This document shows positions 18,361 through 32,283 of a stretch of DNA of 64,000 nt, one piece after another. The first letter of the stretch is position 1. Every line of letters starts with the position of its first letter. Source of the DNA: the human T2T-CHM13v2.0 reference genome, Homo sapiens; the NCBI RefSeq assembly GCF_009914755.1, contig NC_060947.1; one strand, 5' to 3'. Both the position numbers and the translations under genes were made by a program. The notes beneath the pieces are model-generated. The model worked only from the letters and a program-made list of their open reading frames with translations, was not told the origin of the DNA and did not search any database.

Positions 18361-20176
18361 AATCATAGAGTTGCATTCATTGAGACTTATGTCTGCGTTC
18401 TTTTCAAGGTCTCTAGGGTAGTGAGTGGGCTCTCCCTGATGGTCATGGTTGATTCCGTGCCATCAGCCTTCTTGTGTCTAGGGGACCCATATGGAAAAAA
18501 GTTACCCACATTCCTCTCTCTCTGACCATGCTGTTCAACTTAAACCAGATCAATGTAGATTTTTTTAAACTGAAGGATGTGTGGCAAATAATTCTGTTTA
18601 ATAAGAGAATCCTGATTTTTAGCTAGGCATATTGCTTCTAAGAATAAAGGACTACATTTTCTGGCTTACCTTGTTGTAGAAATGTGATCAAGTTCTGGCC
18701 AATGGGATTAAGTGGAGGTGGTGTATGCAACCTTTGGGAAGGCTGTTTAAAGGAGCTAACTCAGTGGAGGGCTTTTTGCTTTTCTTCCCTGTTCTTTCCT
18801 AGGTGGAATACAGATATAATGGCTGAGCTCCAGCATTCACCCTGGGATGTGGGATGACCTAAAGGACAGAAGTTACATGGTAAGAATGGCTGGGCAAAAA
18901 GTTGGGATGATCATAGATTCCTGATGACTTTGTGAAGTTGTCATACCAATTGTCGTCTGTATACCTATGAGCTTGTTTTATGCAAGAGAATAAACTATTG
19001 TGTTTTTAGCCACTGTATTCAAGTCTCTGTTACAACTAGCTGAATACAATTATTAATACAATCAGGAAGTCCTGGAAGGTTTTTAGAAACATTTTTCTTT
19101 GCCAGAATGGTATCTCCTGTGGATCCTCCTTCAGTTCCAAATCTAGTTTCCCACCTCAGGTTGGTGACAACTGCCCAAATTCAAATGACCATTGAATTCT
19201 CCCCCATATGATTGCCTCATTCCTTTCTACAGGAGGAACTTCACCCTGGGGTTCCTTAAAGCATTAAGCAGTGTCTTTGATTTCAGCCAATAGGCCTGGA
19301 CAGAGACTAGCTGGTGGCTCCAGCACAATCCTGGTTTTATAAATGATGATAATGTGCATCATCCATTCTAGTTTACACATCCTATCAGTGACAACTGCAG
19401 AGTTGATGGCCCATTTAACTATGACACCAACTGTGTCATGTCAGTTTAGGTCCTCTGGAAAGCAGATGCCAATATGGAGTTAGATGTACAGGAGATACAT
19501 TAAGAGTAACACATGTAAATGATAAAGAGGAAGGTGAAATCCCATAGATTTTCCAGATATAAGTGGTGGACTTAGTTTGTTATAGATGGGGAAAACCCCA
19601 GCTTTGCTTGTTCCCCAAGGCTGAGGTCCTGGTTCGAGGTGAATGGTGATTACAGCCAGATATTTAACGGGAAGAGTCTGGAAGTCAGAGAACCATAGAA
19701 GTGCTGAGATAAGCTCTCTATACTTCCCTGGTGGATGGCCAAACTAAACACATGGGAGAGACCCAAAAGATCCTGGGGAAAAGTGAAAGCCAAGGGAAAC
19801 ATGAAAACTGGCTGCAACTTTGAATACATTTTTTAACCACACACAGTTCAATCAGCAGAGGGTAGAAGCCTTATAAGCTCAAACTGTTTCAACACAACCT
19901 CAGCCAAATTGATTGGCAATAACTAAGCTATTCAGAGATGGGGGCAATCTTTAGAAAGTTGGGCTGAAATGTTAAAATAAGAATTAAAAATGTGAGCAGA
20001 GACATCAGTGGCTGCATACTAGGAGTGAGGTGAGTGAAGCAGATTCTGCAGTTTAAGTTCAGAAAAGGTATTAAACACCAAACAAGCAAAATAAACAAAA
20101 AGGCTTCAGAAAAATAAAACAATCGAGAATTATTACAATATATTCTATAAAATGTTATCTGAAGTGTTCAATTTTC

Positions 20177-20252
20177 TTTTTTTCTCTCTTTTTTTTAAAT
20201 ACTGCTCCTTGCAGAGCAGGGTTACCCTATAGGCAGTGTGCCGAGAGTAGCC
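20177..20252 (-). mobile_element. ~53-nt retroposed short element with A-rich tail and 18-bp TSD
   Basis: TSD ctgaagtgttcaatt(t/c)tc at 20159-76 and 20252-69; T-rich tail 20177-96; body 20200-20252. Confidence 0.85.
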
Positions 20253-20548
20253 TGAAGTGTTCAATTCTCAACTAAAAATTGATAGACATATAAAGAAACT
20301 GGAAAGTGTAACCTAAACTCAGAGGGAAAAGTAGTCAATAGACACTGACTCTGATTGAACTCAAATGTTGGATTTAGCAGAGACTGCCTTCAAAGCAGGT
20401 ATTATAAATTTGTCAAAGAAATTAAAGAAAACTATGTTTGATAAATTAAAAGGAAATATGTTAATAGTGAGTTAACAAATAGAGAATCTTAATAGTGAAA
20501 TAAAAAAACTAATTCTAGAGTTAAAAAAGCACAATAACTGAAATGAAA

Positions 20549-22596
20549 TTTTTTATTTTTTATTTTACTTTAATTTCTGGGATACATGTGCAGAATGTGC
20601 AGATTTGTTACACAGGTATACGTGTGCCATGGTGGTTTGCTGCATCTATCAACCCATTATCTAGGTTTTAAGCCCTGCATGAATTAGGTATTTGTCTTAA
20701 TGCTCTCCTTCCCCCACCCCCCGACAGGCCCCTGTGCGTTTTGTTCCCCTCCCTGTGTCCATGTGTTCTCATTGTTCAACTCCCACTTATGAGTGAGAAC
20801 ATGCGGCATTTGGTTTTCTGTTCCTGTGTTAGTCTGCTGAGGATGATGGCTTCTGGCTTCATCCATGTCCCCGCAAAGGACAGGATCTCATTCCTTTTTA
20901 TGGCTGAATAGTATTCCATGGTGTATATGTACCACATTTTCTTTATCCAGTCTATCATTGATGGGCATTTGGGTTGGTTCCATGTCTTTGCTCTTGTAAA
21001 TAGTGCTGTAATAAACATACATGTGCATGTGTCTTTATAGTAGAATGATTTATATTCCTTTGGGTATATACCCAGTAATGGGATTGCTGGTATTTCTGGT
21101 TCTAGATCCTTGAGGAATCACCACTCTGTCTTCCACAATGTAAATTAAGCTAGTTTACATTCCCACCAACAGTGTAAAAGCATTCCTATTTCTCCACAGC
21201 CTCGCCAGCATCTATTGTTTCTTGACTTTTTAGTAATCACCATTCTGACTGGCATGAGATCGTGTCTCATTGTGGTTTTGATTTGCATTTCTCTAATGAT
21301 CAGTGATGTTGAGCTTTTTTTCACATGTTTGTTGGCTGAATAAATGTCTTCTTTTGAGAAATGTCTGTTCATATCCTTTGCCCACTTTTTGATGGGTTTG
21401 TTTTTCTTGTAAATTTGTTTAAGTTCCTCATAGATTCTGGATATTAGACCTTTATCAAATGGGTAGATTGCAAAAATTTTCTCCCATTCTGTAGGTTGCC
21501 TGTTCATTCTGATGATAGTTTCTTTGCTGTGTAGAAGCTCTTTAGCTTAATTAGATCCCATTTGTCAATTTTAGCTTTTGTTGCAATTGCTTTTGGCATT
21601 TTCATCATGAAATCTCTGCCCACACCTATGTCCTGAATGATATTGCCTAGGCTTTCTTCTAGGGTTTTTATGGTTTGGGGTTTTACATTTAAGTCCTTAA
21701 TCCATCTTGAGTTAATTTTTGTATAAGACATAAGGAAGGGGTCCAGTTTCAGTTTTCTGCATATGGCTAGCCAATTTTCCCAGTACCATTTATTAAATAG
21801 GGAATCCTTTCCCCATTGCATCTTTTTTGTTGGGTTTGTTGAAGATCAGATGATTGTAGATGTGTGGTGTTATTTCTGAGGTCTCTGTTCTGTTCCATTG
21901 GCCTATATGTCTGTTTTGGTTACTGCAGCCTTGTAGTATAGTTTGAAGTCAGGTAGTATGATGCCTCCAGTTTTGTTATTTTTACTTAGGATTGTCTTGG
22001 CTATGTGGGCTCTTTTTTGGTTCCATATGAAATTTAAAGTGGTTTTTTTCTAATTCTGTGAAGAATGTCAATGGTAGTTTGATGGGAATAGCATTGAATC
22101 TATAAATTGCTTTGGGCAGTATGGCCATTTACACAATATTGATTCTTCCTATCTACGAGGATGGAAAGTTTTTCCATTTGTTTGTGTCGTCTCTTATTTC
22201 CTTGAGCAGTGGTTTGTAGTTCTCCTTGAAGAGGTCCTTCACGTCACTTGTTAGCTGTAATACTAGGTATTTTATTATCTTTGTAGCAGTTGTGAATAGT
22301 TCATTCATTCGTGATTTGGCTCTCTGCTTGTCTGCTGTTGGTGTATAGGAATGCTTGTGATTTTTGCACATTGATTTTGTATCCTGAGACTTGGCTGAAG
22401 TTGCTTATCAGCTTAAGGATTTTTTGGGCTGAGACGATGGGATTTTCTAAATATAGAATCATGTTGTCTGCAAACAGAGACAATTTGACTTCCTCTATTC
22501 CTATTTGAATATCTTTTATTTCTTTCCCTGCCTCATTGTCCTGGCCAGAACTTCCAATACTATGTTGAATACGAGTGGTGAGAGAGGGCATTCTTG
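20549..22596 (-). mobile_element. 5'-truncated primate L1PA (~2 kb, ORF2 C-terminus plus 3'UTR), nested in older L1M sequence
   Basis: Minus-strand ORFs 20776-22627 read as ORF2 ([27 protein letters not shown]); TSD-like aatgaaa(a)tttt on both sides. Confidence 0.93.
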
Positions 22597-22831
22597 TAAT
22601 GAAAATTTTAACAAAGCTGTTTAACATGTCAGTTTGGTCAATTTATTTGAGCCCCATTTTATTTTTTTGGCAGCTGTAAAGAGTAAATTACTTAATCAAT
22701 GACACACTGTTGATCTCTGAAACAGAGACTATTCATAAAAGGCAGAGAAAATAATTATTTTCAAATGTTATTATGTTTCTGCTTCCTTTCTAAAAAGTTT
22801 TTTGTGGTTAACAACTAAGTGTTGAAACATG

Positions 22832-23137
<306 letters not shown>

Positions 23138-25680
23138 AAACATAAAAACTATTTGCCAACTCCATTGAGCCTTACACAAATACAAGAACAATGTTTCCTT
23201 CAGTTGTTTTTGGAAGGTCATATTTTTACTCTGGAATTATTATTGATAACATAATTCATATTATTTTCAGCTACTTGGTCATGGCAGGCAGTTGCTTTAA
23301 GCAAAGTGTACTATGCTTGCTTTAAAAAACCAAGTTTCTTCAGCTTTTTCAGCTGTGCTCAAATGCAAATAGTTCAGAGGGAGGTCCATGTTTCTCTGTG
23401 TTGTTTGGATTTCCATTTCTTTCAACCTTGGCCATTTCAATCCCTTCAAGGTCTCTTTTTAATGTGTCCTATGGTTTACTTGATGTCTAATTTCTCCCAA
23501 CCCCTCACATTTCTCTTTTATGGTTATTTCCCTTGGTATCGGATACCAACCCTGAGGAAAGTGCTCTGCTAGGTCTCAAGAATGCAAAATTTACATCATG
23601 GGGGAATTTTAGAGAATAAGTAACATATAGGCATGTAAATTATACACCCACTGTCTAGTTGATATCAATTTTATCAGTTTACACATGTACCTTCTTACTC
23701 CTTTCCGCATTGCTTCACCCACACACTGTCTGAGCCCTGTGTCTTATATTTCAATCCTTGATGAAAGTAAACTTTGCTGGTTTTATAAATATGAAATCCT
23801 GTCACTAAGAAGTCATAATCTTATAGTCCTGACACTGACCCCATGCTGAAGACTGGGGTGTAGTCTTTTGGAGCATTTCTCTTCTGACTCCTGAAATCAC
23901 TGACTTGGATATATTCGTGGCCAGAGTAATCCCTTTGCTAATGATTGTGAAAAATGACTAAAATATCACCCAAATATAATGCTCTATTCAGGTTCTCAGG
24001 AAGGAGGCATAAAATCTTTTGCAAGTCATCTAATCTTGGAAACAAAACTTGCTTTCAAATAAATTCAAACATAGTCTGTTACAGCCTTAGGGAACAAACA
24101 GAATGCATTGATTATTCCATTTATTTGATGTTTAGGCCCATCTAAGAAAATGGTGATAAATTCATGCCTTAGTAAATCGTAGACAATTTCCATTATTCTG
24201 TTTCCTCCTCTACCTATGCCTTCCCACACATACCCACTGCAAATGTTGCTGCCACCACTATCCTAACAGCCAAAGAATCATTTTTTGTAGCACTAAAGTG
24301 GAGCATGAAGAATGGGATAAAGGGTATTCCATGTGTGTGCCGTTTTCTTGGAGTAGCTCTGTGATACCCATCCCACTGCCCACATCCAATTTACTGTATG
24401 TGATAAGACTTGGAGTACACATGTTACGGTTAGGGATAATATTTGTACATACTGTAATAATGAATGTGCACTGCGTGGATTTTTTTGGAGTCCACACTAT
24501 TATCAGTGTGGGAGGTGGAGAGAAAACACATGTGTTTGGATCTTCACTGTATACTCTGGAGAAGGGGAAGAGCTGATGAACAAAGTATGGAGAACAAAAT
24601 CATTCACTCGGGTACAAGAGAAACAATCGGGGTGATGTTAGCAAGTCCTTGTGATCAGAAGCAAGAATGGAGAGGGAGGCTTCTAAAGCCCAAAAGATTT
24701 TAAAAAGAGAGTTATAGCTATGGCACCAGTCTTTGAATATACAGGAAGACCAAATCCTGGGCTATTAGAGGTCAAATGGAGGAAACTTACTGGGAATGAG
24801 AAGGGAAAGGGTCAAAGAGTCTTGCCAAGTTGTGTCATCATATGAAGCTAGAGTGTACTTATATTAGCGAAAGGGAATTTGGGACTCAGTTAAGCTCTTT
24901 TACATATTTTTCTAGTATTCTTAGGACTACACATGTAGTGAATTTTTATAATATGTTGTCTCAGCATCATTTTGAATATATTGGACTTTCTCATACCAGA
25001 AGCAGGGCTTAGTCACCCTTGACACAGTTTCCTGTTCTCCATCTCCTCCCTGTTCCTTAATGTGGTCGATCCAGATATCTACCTTATACAGTCACCTGCT
25101 GGTGACCACCTCCCTATGGGACAGCTAGATACAACCTACTTGACTGGCCCCACTGACCCCCCACACTCTACATGGGCCGCACGGATCTGCCACAGCGACC
25201 CCTTCTCAGTCACAGCGTGCCTCCATGGAACTCCTGCCTGCTGGCTTTCAACCCACCGATGAGAACTCCCCACGGGAAAGCGGCCTGGGAATGCCTGGAC
25301 CCCGATAAAGGCCTAGGCCCACAGGTCCCTCACTCTCTATCTTGCTCCCCACCTGCTGGCTAAGCATGGATGGCCCAGAGGGTTCCTTCCTTCTTGCTGG
25401 CCCTGAGAGGAATCTGTAAAGAAGATGCTGCCTCTGGTATTTCACACGTTCTGTGGAGCTGCCTCTCTGTGTCTCACCCCACCCACACACCCGGACCTAA
25501 CTTCTTTCCCGGTTGGCGTTCTCCTAGAGAGTGGCCCTCTTGGCAGGAATAGACTCGACACAGGTCAGACAAGAGCCACAAGGGCGCCTGCGACTATAAA
25601 CAACTTTCCTGTGAGAGGGACACCTGGTCATGGGTTGAGCACTTAGGAATGAGGCTGTCTGCCAGGATAAAGAAGTGTCC

Positions 25681-25920
25681 CGAGGCCCCGTCCCCGCTTC
25701 CGGGGCGCTCGCGCTCCTCCTCTCCGCCCCCTCGCTGTGGGCTCGCGCAGTGAGGGTCATGGTGACCTGGGGGGCATGGGGCCGGCGAGCTCCGGGAGGT
25801 TCGCATCCTCGGGGACTGGGAGCCCAGTTATCGGACCCAGGCGAGGCCCCCAGCTTATGACCCGCCCCCATCGCCGTGATCCTCGGGGCCGGGGACCCCC
25901 GACTCCACGCGACCGTGACC
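25681..25920. promoter_or_regulatory. CpG island-like segment with ETS (cttccgg) and GC-box (ccgccc) motifs
   Basis: About 27 CpG in 240 bp (hand count) in an otherwise CpG-poor window. Confidence 0.6.
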
Positions 25921-26772
25921 ACATCCAGGTCCCCCAAAAACACACACACGTCCCTTCTGACCTGATGATTCCACTCCCATCATCTCAGAGACTGTCCAGC
26001 GCCCCCCTCCCCCGGCTTGGGAGCTTGTCATGCCAGTGCAGCAGACAATCCATGTACACACGCACGTCTGGCCTGGGGACACCTGAGGTCACCTGACCAC
26101 ATAGAACCCCTCCCCATCTCTTCTGACCCGAGGATTCTCCCGCTCGCTCTCCCTGTGACAGTGTCTGGCGAGGGGTAGGGGGGTTGTCCCTTTTCCCCAA
26201 CCTGGCAATGACCTTGGCATTGGGCTCAGCAGACCCGCCTTCCACATGCACCAGGCCCCCTCAAACCCCTGTGACCAGTTTCACTGCCACCATCTTGGTG
26301 AGTGTGTGTCTGACCTCTCCAGAAATGCACATCGACCCCCAGTCAGCCCGGCGACTTTGTCACCTGTGCTCAAGTGATGTCTCCCCTTCCCTTCACACCC
26401 ACCTGACCTGGGGACATCTGAGGCCAATGTGACTCTATCTAGGCCTGCCCCCTAGCCCCCAGCACATGTACACCTGCTTTCTGATCAGTCCCACCATCTC
26501 GGTACCTACCTCCCTGACATCTTGTCATCCTAGATCAGCACCTCTCCCGCTCCACACACGCCTGGCCTGGCAACGCTGTGACCACATGTAGTCTCCTGGC
26601 TTTTTCCCTGAAGAGCCTGGTCTCTAAATCCTCTGGGCTGGAAGGAATCAGATTTTCAAACCCTGTGAACACCACCCCTGACCCACGATCCTTTTTGTGT
26701 CTTTCTTGACCCAGTAAAATGCTCTCATGTAAAAAAATAAAATAAAATAAAATAAAAAATAAAATAAAATAA
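25682..26772 (+). pseudogene. Retroposed copy of an unidentified polyadenylated transcript with a CpG-island 5' end; no convincing CDS
   Basis: AGTAAA at 26713-18, A-rich tail from 26731, 13-bp TSD aaag(aa/tg)gtgtccc at 25669-81 and 26773-85. Confidence 0.75.
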
Positions 26773-28292
26773 AAAGTGGTGTCCCATGAAAAGCAGTTTG
26801 TAAGCTTCCCCGGGAGTTCTGTCAGGGCAGGGCTAAAATTTATAGCCACTCCCCAGAGAGATTCCTGAAGACTGAATTAGAGGAAAATCAAAACACATTT
26901 ATGCTTTGGAGAAAACTTGACTGTTTTATGCTGTTTGAATTGTCTTCTAAAAATGAGTTTTAAATTATAAAAAGTATTAAAATAAATATGTCATATTCCT
27001 TCACTCAGTTAATTGTGAAAGCACATGGATTGACTCTTCACTGGCACATATAGTAGGTATATTCCATTGTGGTAGTTTCCTTGTTTTTCTGGGATCACAA
27101 CTAGCCTACACTTTCCAGTTTCCCTTGTAGTAAGTTGGGCACATGTCATCGAACGCCAGTGGAATGTGAGCAGAGTGATACATGCCACTTTCAGGCCTGG
27201 AAAATGCCAAGGCTCAAGGAAAATGCTAAAGCCATCAGATGATAGATGCTAAGGTCCCTGAATGTGTGGAGCAAAGCCAACTACTCACCCTTAGTGTACT
27301 ATCATGTGAACAAGAAATAAACATTTATCATGTTTAATAACTCATAATTGGAGTGTCTTTGTTATAGCAGTTAAACTCCCAGGCTAATACAGCCAGTGAC
27401 TTTCAGAGAATATAACCTGGAAATTTCTGCTAATTATTACTAGAAGCTTATTTGTGACAAATAACATTCTGAAGGTGTATAGTAATTTGTAAGTTCAGAT
27501 CAGTTATTCTCAATTCTTAGTGTTGTGTCAGAATTACCTAGGAAGCTATTTTAAAAGATACATATCCCAAAAGACTAGCCTTGACCTAGCGAATCAGAAG
27601 TAGATAAGACATAGGCAGTTATATTTGAAAAACTTCCTTGTGTTTTACATATACCCTTGGCTAGGAACCACTACTCTAAGATAACCCAAATTTTATCTTT
27701 AGATGAAGCCAGATTATCTGACCTCATTGTTTTGGGGCCATATAATTTATTTTCCTGGATTGGGTTGTTTTAAAGTATAGTTTGATTGTACTTAAAAAAT
27801 TAACATGTAATAACACTGATCTTTTTGTGTAAACAGTTCTACAGTTTTATAAATTTTACACATTTAAAGTTTCATGCTTTATCACAAAAATTAGGACACA
27901 AACCATTCCATCATTTCAAAACACTACCTCATAATACCCATTTGAATTCACACCCTTAACCCCTTGAAACCACTGATCTGTTATCCATCATTAACAGTTT
28001 TGTGTTTTCGAGACTCTCATAGAAATGAAATCATACAGTAGGTAAACTGTTGAGACTGGTTTCTTTCACTCAGCATAGTGCTTTTGAGATTTATTCAAGT
28101 TGCTGCAGATATCAACAATTTATTTCTTTTAAGGCTAAGTAGCATTCCATTATACAGACCTAATACAGTTTGCTTTCCAATTACTATTGAAAGATATTTG
28201 TGTTGTTTCCAGGTGTTGGAGATTGTGAATAGAGCTTCTATAAAACATTTGAATACAAGTTTTTGTGTGAACCTAAGTTTTCCTTTCTTGAG

Positions 28293-28527
28293 GGCAGGGC
28301 TTTTTAACTTCAGCATTATTAACACTTTGGAATGGAAAATTCGTTTTCAGGGTTATCCTGTGCATTGTAGGATATAGTATCGCTGGCCTCTACTCACTAC
28401 ATGCCAGTAGCATTCTCCTCGCCACCTCCCCACTCCAAGTTGTGACAACCAAATATGTCTCCAGACATTGTCAAACGTCCGCTGGGGTGGGGAGAGGGAA
28501 AATCTCCCTGGTTGAGGAATACTGCCT
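28293..28527. mobile_element. MER20-like hAT DNA transposon within L1 fragments
   Basis: 'gtgacaaccaaatatgtctccagacattgtcaaacgtcc...ctggttgagg'. Confidence 0.75.
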
Positions 28528-28599
28528 TAAAGGAATTGAAACATCTAATATTACTTTAGTGTGAGACTGCTAGTGACAAATATCACCTTTTGTCTTTAA

Positions 28600-29230
28600 A
28601 ATTTTTATGATACATATTTGTACATATTTATGAGATACGTGTGGTATTTTATTACATGCCTAGAACGTGTAATGATCAAGTCAGATTTAGGGGATCTATC
28701 ACCTTAAGTATTTATCATTTCTATGTGTTGGAAACATTTCAAGTCCTCCCTTCTAACGATACTGAAATATACAATACATTGTTGTTAATTATATAGTCAC
28801 CCTACTCTACTATTGAATATTAGAACTTGTTCCTTCTATCTATATGTTTGTACATCTTATGTCTATATGTTTGTACCCATTAACCAACCTCTCTTCATCC
28901 TCGTTCCATGCACCTGTCCCAGCTTCTGGTAACAATCACTCGACTTTCTATCTCTATGAAATCAACACTTTTAGTTCCCACACGAGTGAGAATATGTGAA
29001 ATTTGTCTTTCTGTGCCTAGCTTATTTCACTTAACATAATGACCTCCAGTTCTATCCATGTTGCTGCAAATAACAGGATCTCATCCTTTTTGGTGGATAA
29101 ATAATATTACATTGTGTATATATACACCACATTTTATCTATTCATCTGTTAATAAACATTTAGGTTGATTTCATATCTTTGCTATTGTAAATAGTGCTGC
29201 AATAAACATGGGGGTGCAGGTATCCCTTTG
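28600..29230 (-). mobile_element. L1MA 3' end
   Basis: 'atttgtctttctgtgcctagcttatttcacttaacataatgacctccagttc'; FQRDTCTPMFIAALFTIAK on the minus strand. Confidence 0.8.
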
Positions 29231-29314
29231 AAATATCACCTTTTGTTTTAAAATGTCTCTGCTACCTACATTTCTGAAATAAATTTTCTCTGGATCCGAA
29301 ATTCTAATTTGGCA

Positions 29315-29634
<320 letters not shown>

Positions 29635-30681
29635 TAATTACATTACCTTTTGGCTTTCACAGTTTCTGTTGAGAAGTCAGTTATGTCTTCATAGTGTTCC
29701 TTTAAATATGCCATTCTTCCTGACAGCTTTCAATATTTTTATGTTTGGTGGTGCTGTGGTCACCTCACAGAGGTGAAATGGATTTTCCCCCCAACACAAG
29801 ATTTACTTATGATGATGTCACATACGCATCCAGAAGGTATGAAAATGTTTATTACATACATAATGAGTCTTACTGGGGAAAGCAGGCATGCACGCATCCT
29901 AAGCTGGTCGAAAAATGTCTTGAGAAAATAGAGAAGACTGGCTTGGGATTTTTATGGTAGTTGAGGGGTGGGGCTGGGATAAAGGTTCCCACATGCAGGC
30001 TGAGGCTTGAGTGTTTTGAACTTCCAGCTACTACCAAAGGAGGGAGCACCTGAGCTTTCTTGTTAGCTTGCCCAGATGTAGGGCAGAGGGAAACGGAGGA
30101 GTGGGCTTAAAAGTTGTCAACGAACATCACCAATGGAGTCACACTCTAGTACAGGTGTTAAGTAATTTTATTATGAATTAGTGTTGTTTTATATTTTTCT
30201 TGCTTGGGGTTTTTAGTGCCTCTTGAGTCTTTGGGCTGTGGCCTTTCATTCTGAAAAGTTCTCAGAAATTTTTCTTCAACTATTGCTTTTGTTCTATTCT
30301 CTCTTCTCTTTTTGGGATTCTAATTACACATATATTTGACCTTGTCATACTACTACAAATATCTCAACAACTATCTTTTGTATTTTGCATCATTTTGTCT
30401 CTCACATCATATTTTCTTCTGGACTCTTTCAGTTTACTTTCTTTCCATCAATGTATCAGTAAATCCACACACTGATGTCTTAATTTTACTGTTTGTATTT
30501 AGTTCTAGAATTTAAAATTCATTATTTTTTTCACAGCTTCCATTTTCTACTAAAATCCTCACTCTTTTGTATTAATTCCTTGAAAATATTAAACTTCAGA
30601 AACAACCAATACCTCTTGGTGAAAAACAGCCCCATGTGCCAAGCACATCTATTTGGGCTTCATTTCTCTCCCAAATTTTGA

Positions 30682-30992
<311 letters not shown>

Positions 30993-32066
30993 TAATATAT
31001 ATACTTTAGTCCAAATTTTCTATCTGTTCCCAGTGGTAGGATGGTCTGAGTCACTTACTGGGAATTACTAGAAACCTAGACACTTGCTTTTAAATGCATG
31101 ATTACATTTTACAAGACAACTGTCCCTGTTTGTAAAATGTCAATGCCATGAAAAAAATATGGGAAGAGCTCTTTTAGATTGAAAGAGACTTAAAAGACTA
31201 ACAAACAAATGCAGGGCATGGACCTTGATTGATTTCCAGTTTAAATGAACCAGCTTGTAAAAGACATTTTGAGAAAAGCAAGGGAAATGTGAATATGAGA
31301 TTGGGTAGCAGTTGACATTAGAAAATTATTGCTAAATTTGTTAGGCAAGATACGAGCACTGTGGTTACACAGGACAATGCACAAAATGTCATTTGTTGAA
31401 ATGCATCCTGATATATTTAGGGTTGGAATGTCAGGATGTCTAGCTAAAACATGAAGCAAACATAGCAAAGTATGAGTGAAAGATCTATGTGATGGGTTCA
31501 TGGGTATTTATTATATTATACTTTCTTGTATATTTGAAATATTTCAAAATAAAAAAGTTTTTAAAAACCACAACAGATTAATTTTAAATAAACAAGTTTC
31601 ATATTTAGAGTAAATTTTCCAGCTTTCATTTCTAAAGTCTTATCTAGTAATTACTGAGGAAACCAACTTATACGTCTATCTTTTGCTTAAAGTTTTCTCC
31701 AATTGGTTTAAACTTTTATATTAATTTTCTAATTAATTGCTATATGCAGTAAATTAAATAATTGCAATAATTAAGGAGTTAATATAAATCTGATGGCAAG
31801 TTGTAACATATGTTACCTAAAAATATAAAATCAAATGTTCATATGCACAGAGTTTTAATGATTTTTAAGTAATTATAGGCTAAAAACAATACAATAGAAA
31901 ACTTTGCTGTTGTAATAACCTTTGTGTCCACAGGGGAAATTCTGTAAAAACTTTAAAAGTAGTGTAATACTATTTTGACAGGTTCTGAACAAATTACTTG
32001 GACAGACTGCTTTTAAACCTCAAAAGATTTTCTAGAATATTAAAAAGGTGTTCACCTTGGGACAGA

Positions 32067-32283
32067 TTTTTTTTTTTTTTTTTTTTGAGACGGAGTCTCG
32101 CTCTGTCAGCCAGGCTGGAGTGCAGTGGCGCGATCTCGGCTCACTGCAAGCTCTGCCTCCCAGGTTCACACCATTCTCCTGCCTCAGCCTCCTGAGTAGC
32201 TGGGACTACAGGTGCCTGCCACCACACTCAGCTAATTTTTTGTATTTTTAGTAGAGATGGGGTTTCACCATGTTAGCCAGGAT
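32067..32283 (-). mobile_element. 5'-truncated AluY with TSD gggacagatttt
   Basis: AluY diagnostic 'ctgcaagctctgcc'; TSD at ~32059 and ~32284. Confidence 0.85.

Larger units (their letters stand above)
24934..26895 (+). mobile_element. Old ERVL-class solo LTR (MER54/MER74-like), split by a retrocopy at 25682-26772
   Basis: 'tgtagtgaat...accagaagcagggcttagtcacccttgacacag...ccaggataaagaagtgtccc' resumes at 26786 as 'atgaaaagca...cagggcagggctaaaatttatagccac...ttagaggaaaatcaaaaca'. Confidence 0.65.

Noticed and set aside
20684-22627. Reverse-transcriptase-like ORFs as a novel retro-system
   Set aside because: They are frameshifted fragments of an ordinary truncated L1PA ORF2.
25524-26096. Overlapping 60-141 aa ORFs in the GC-rich insert
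   Set aside because: Expected from high GC content; no recognisable domain in any frame.
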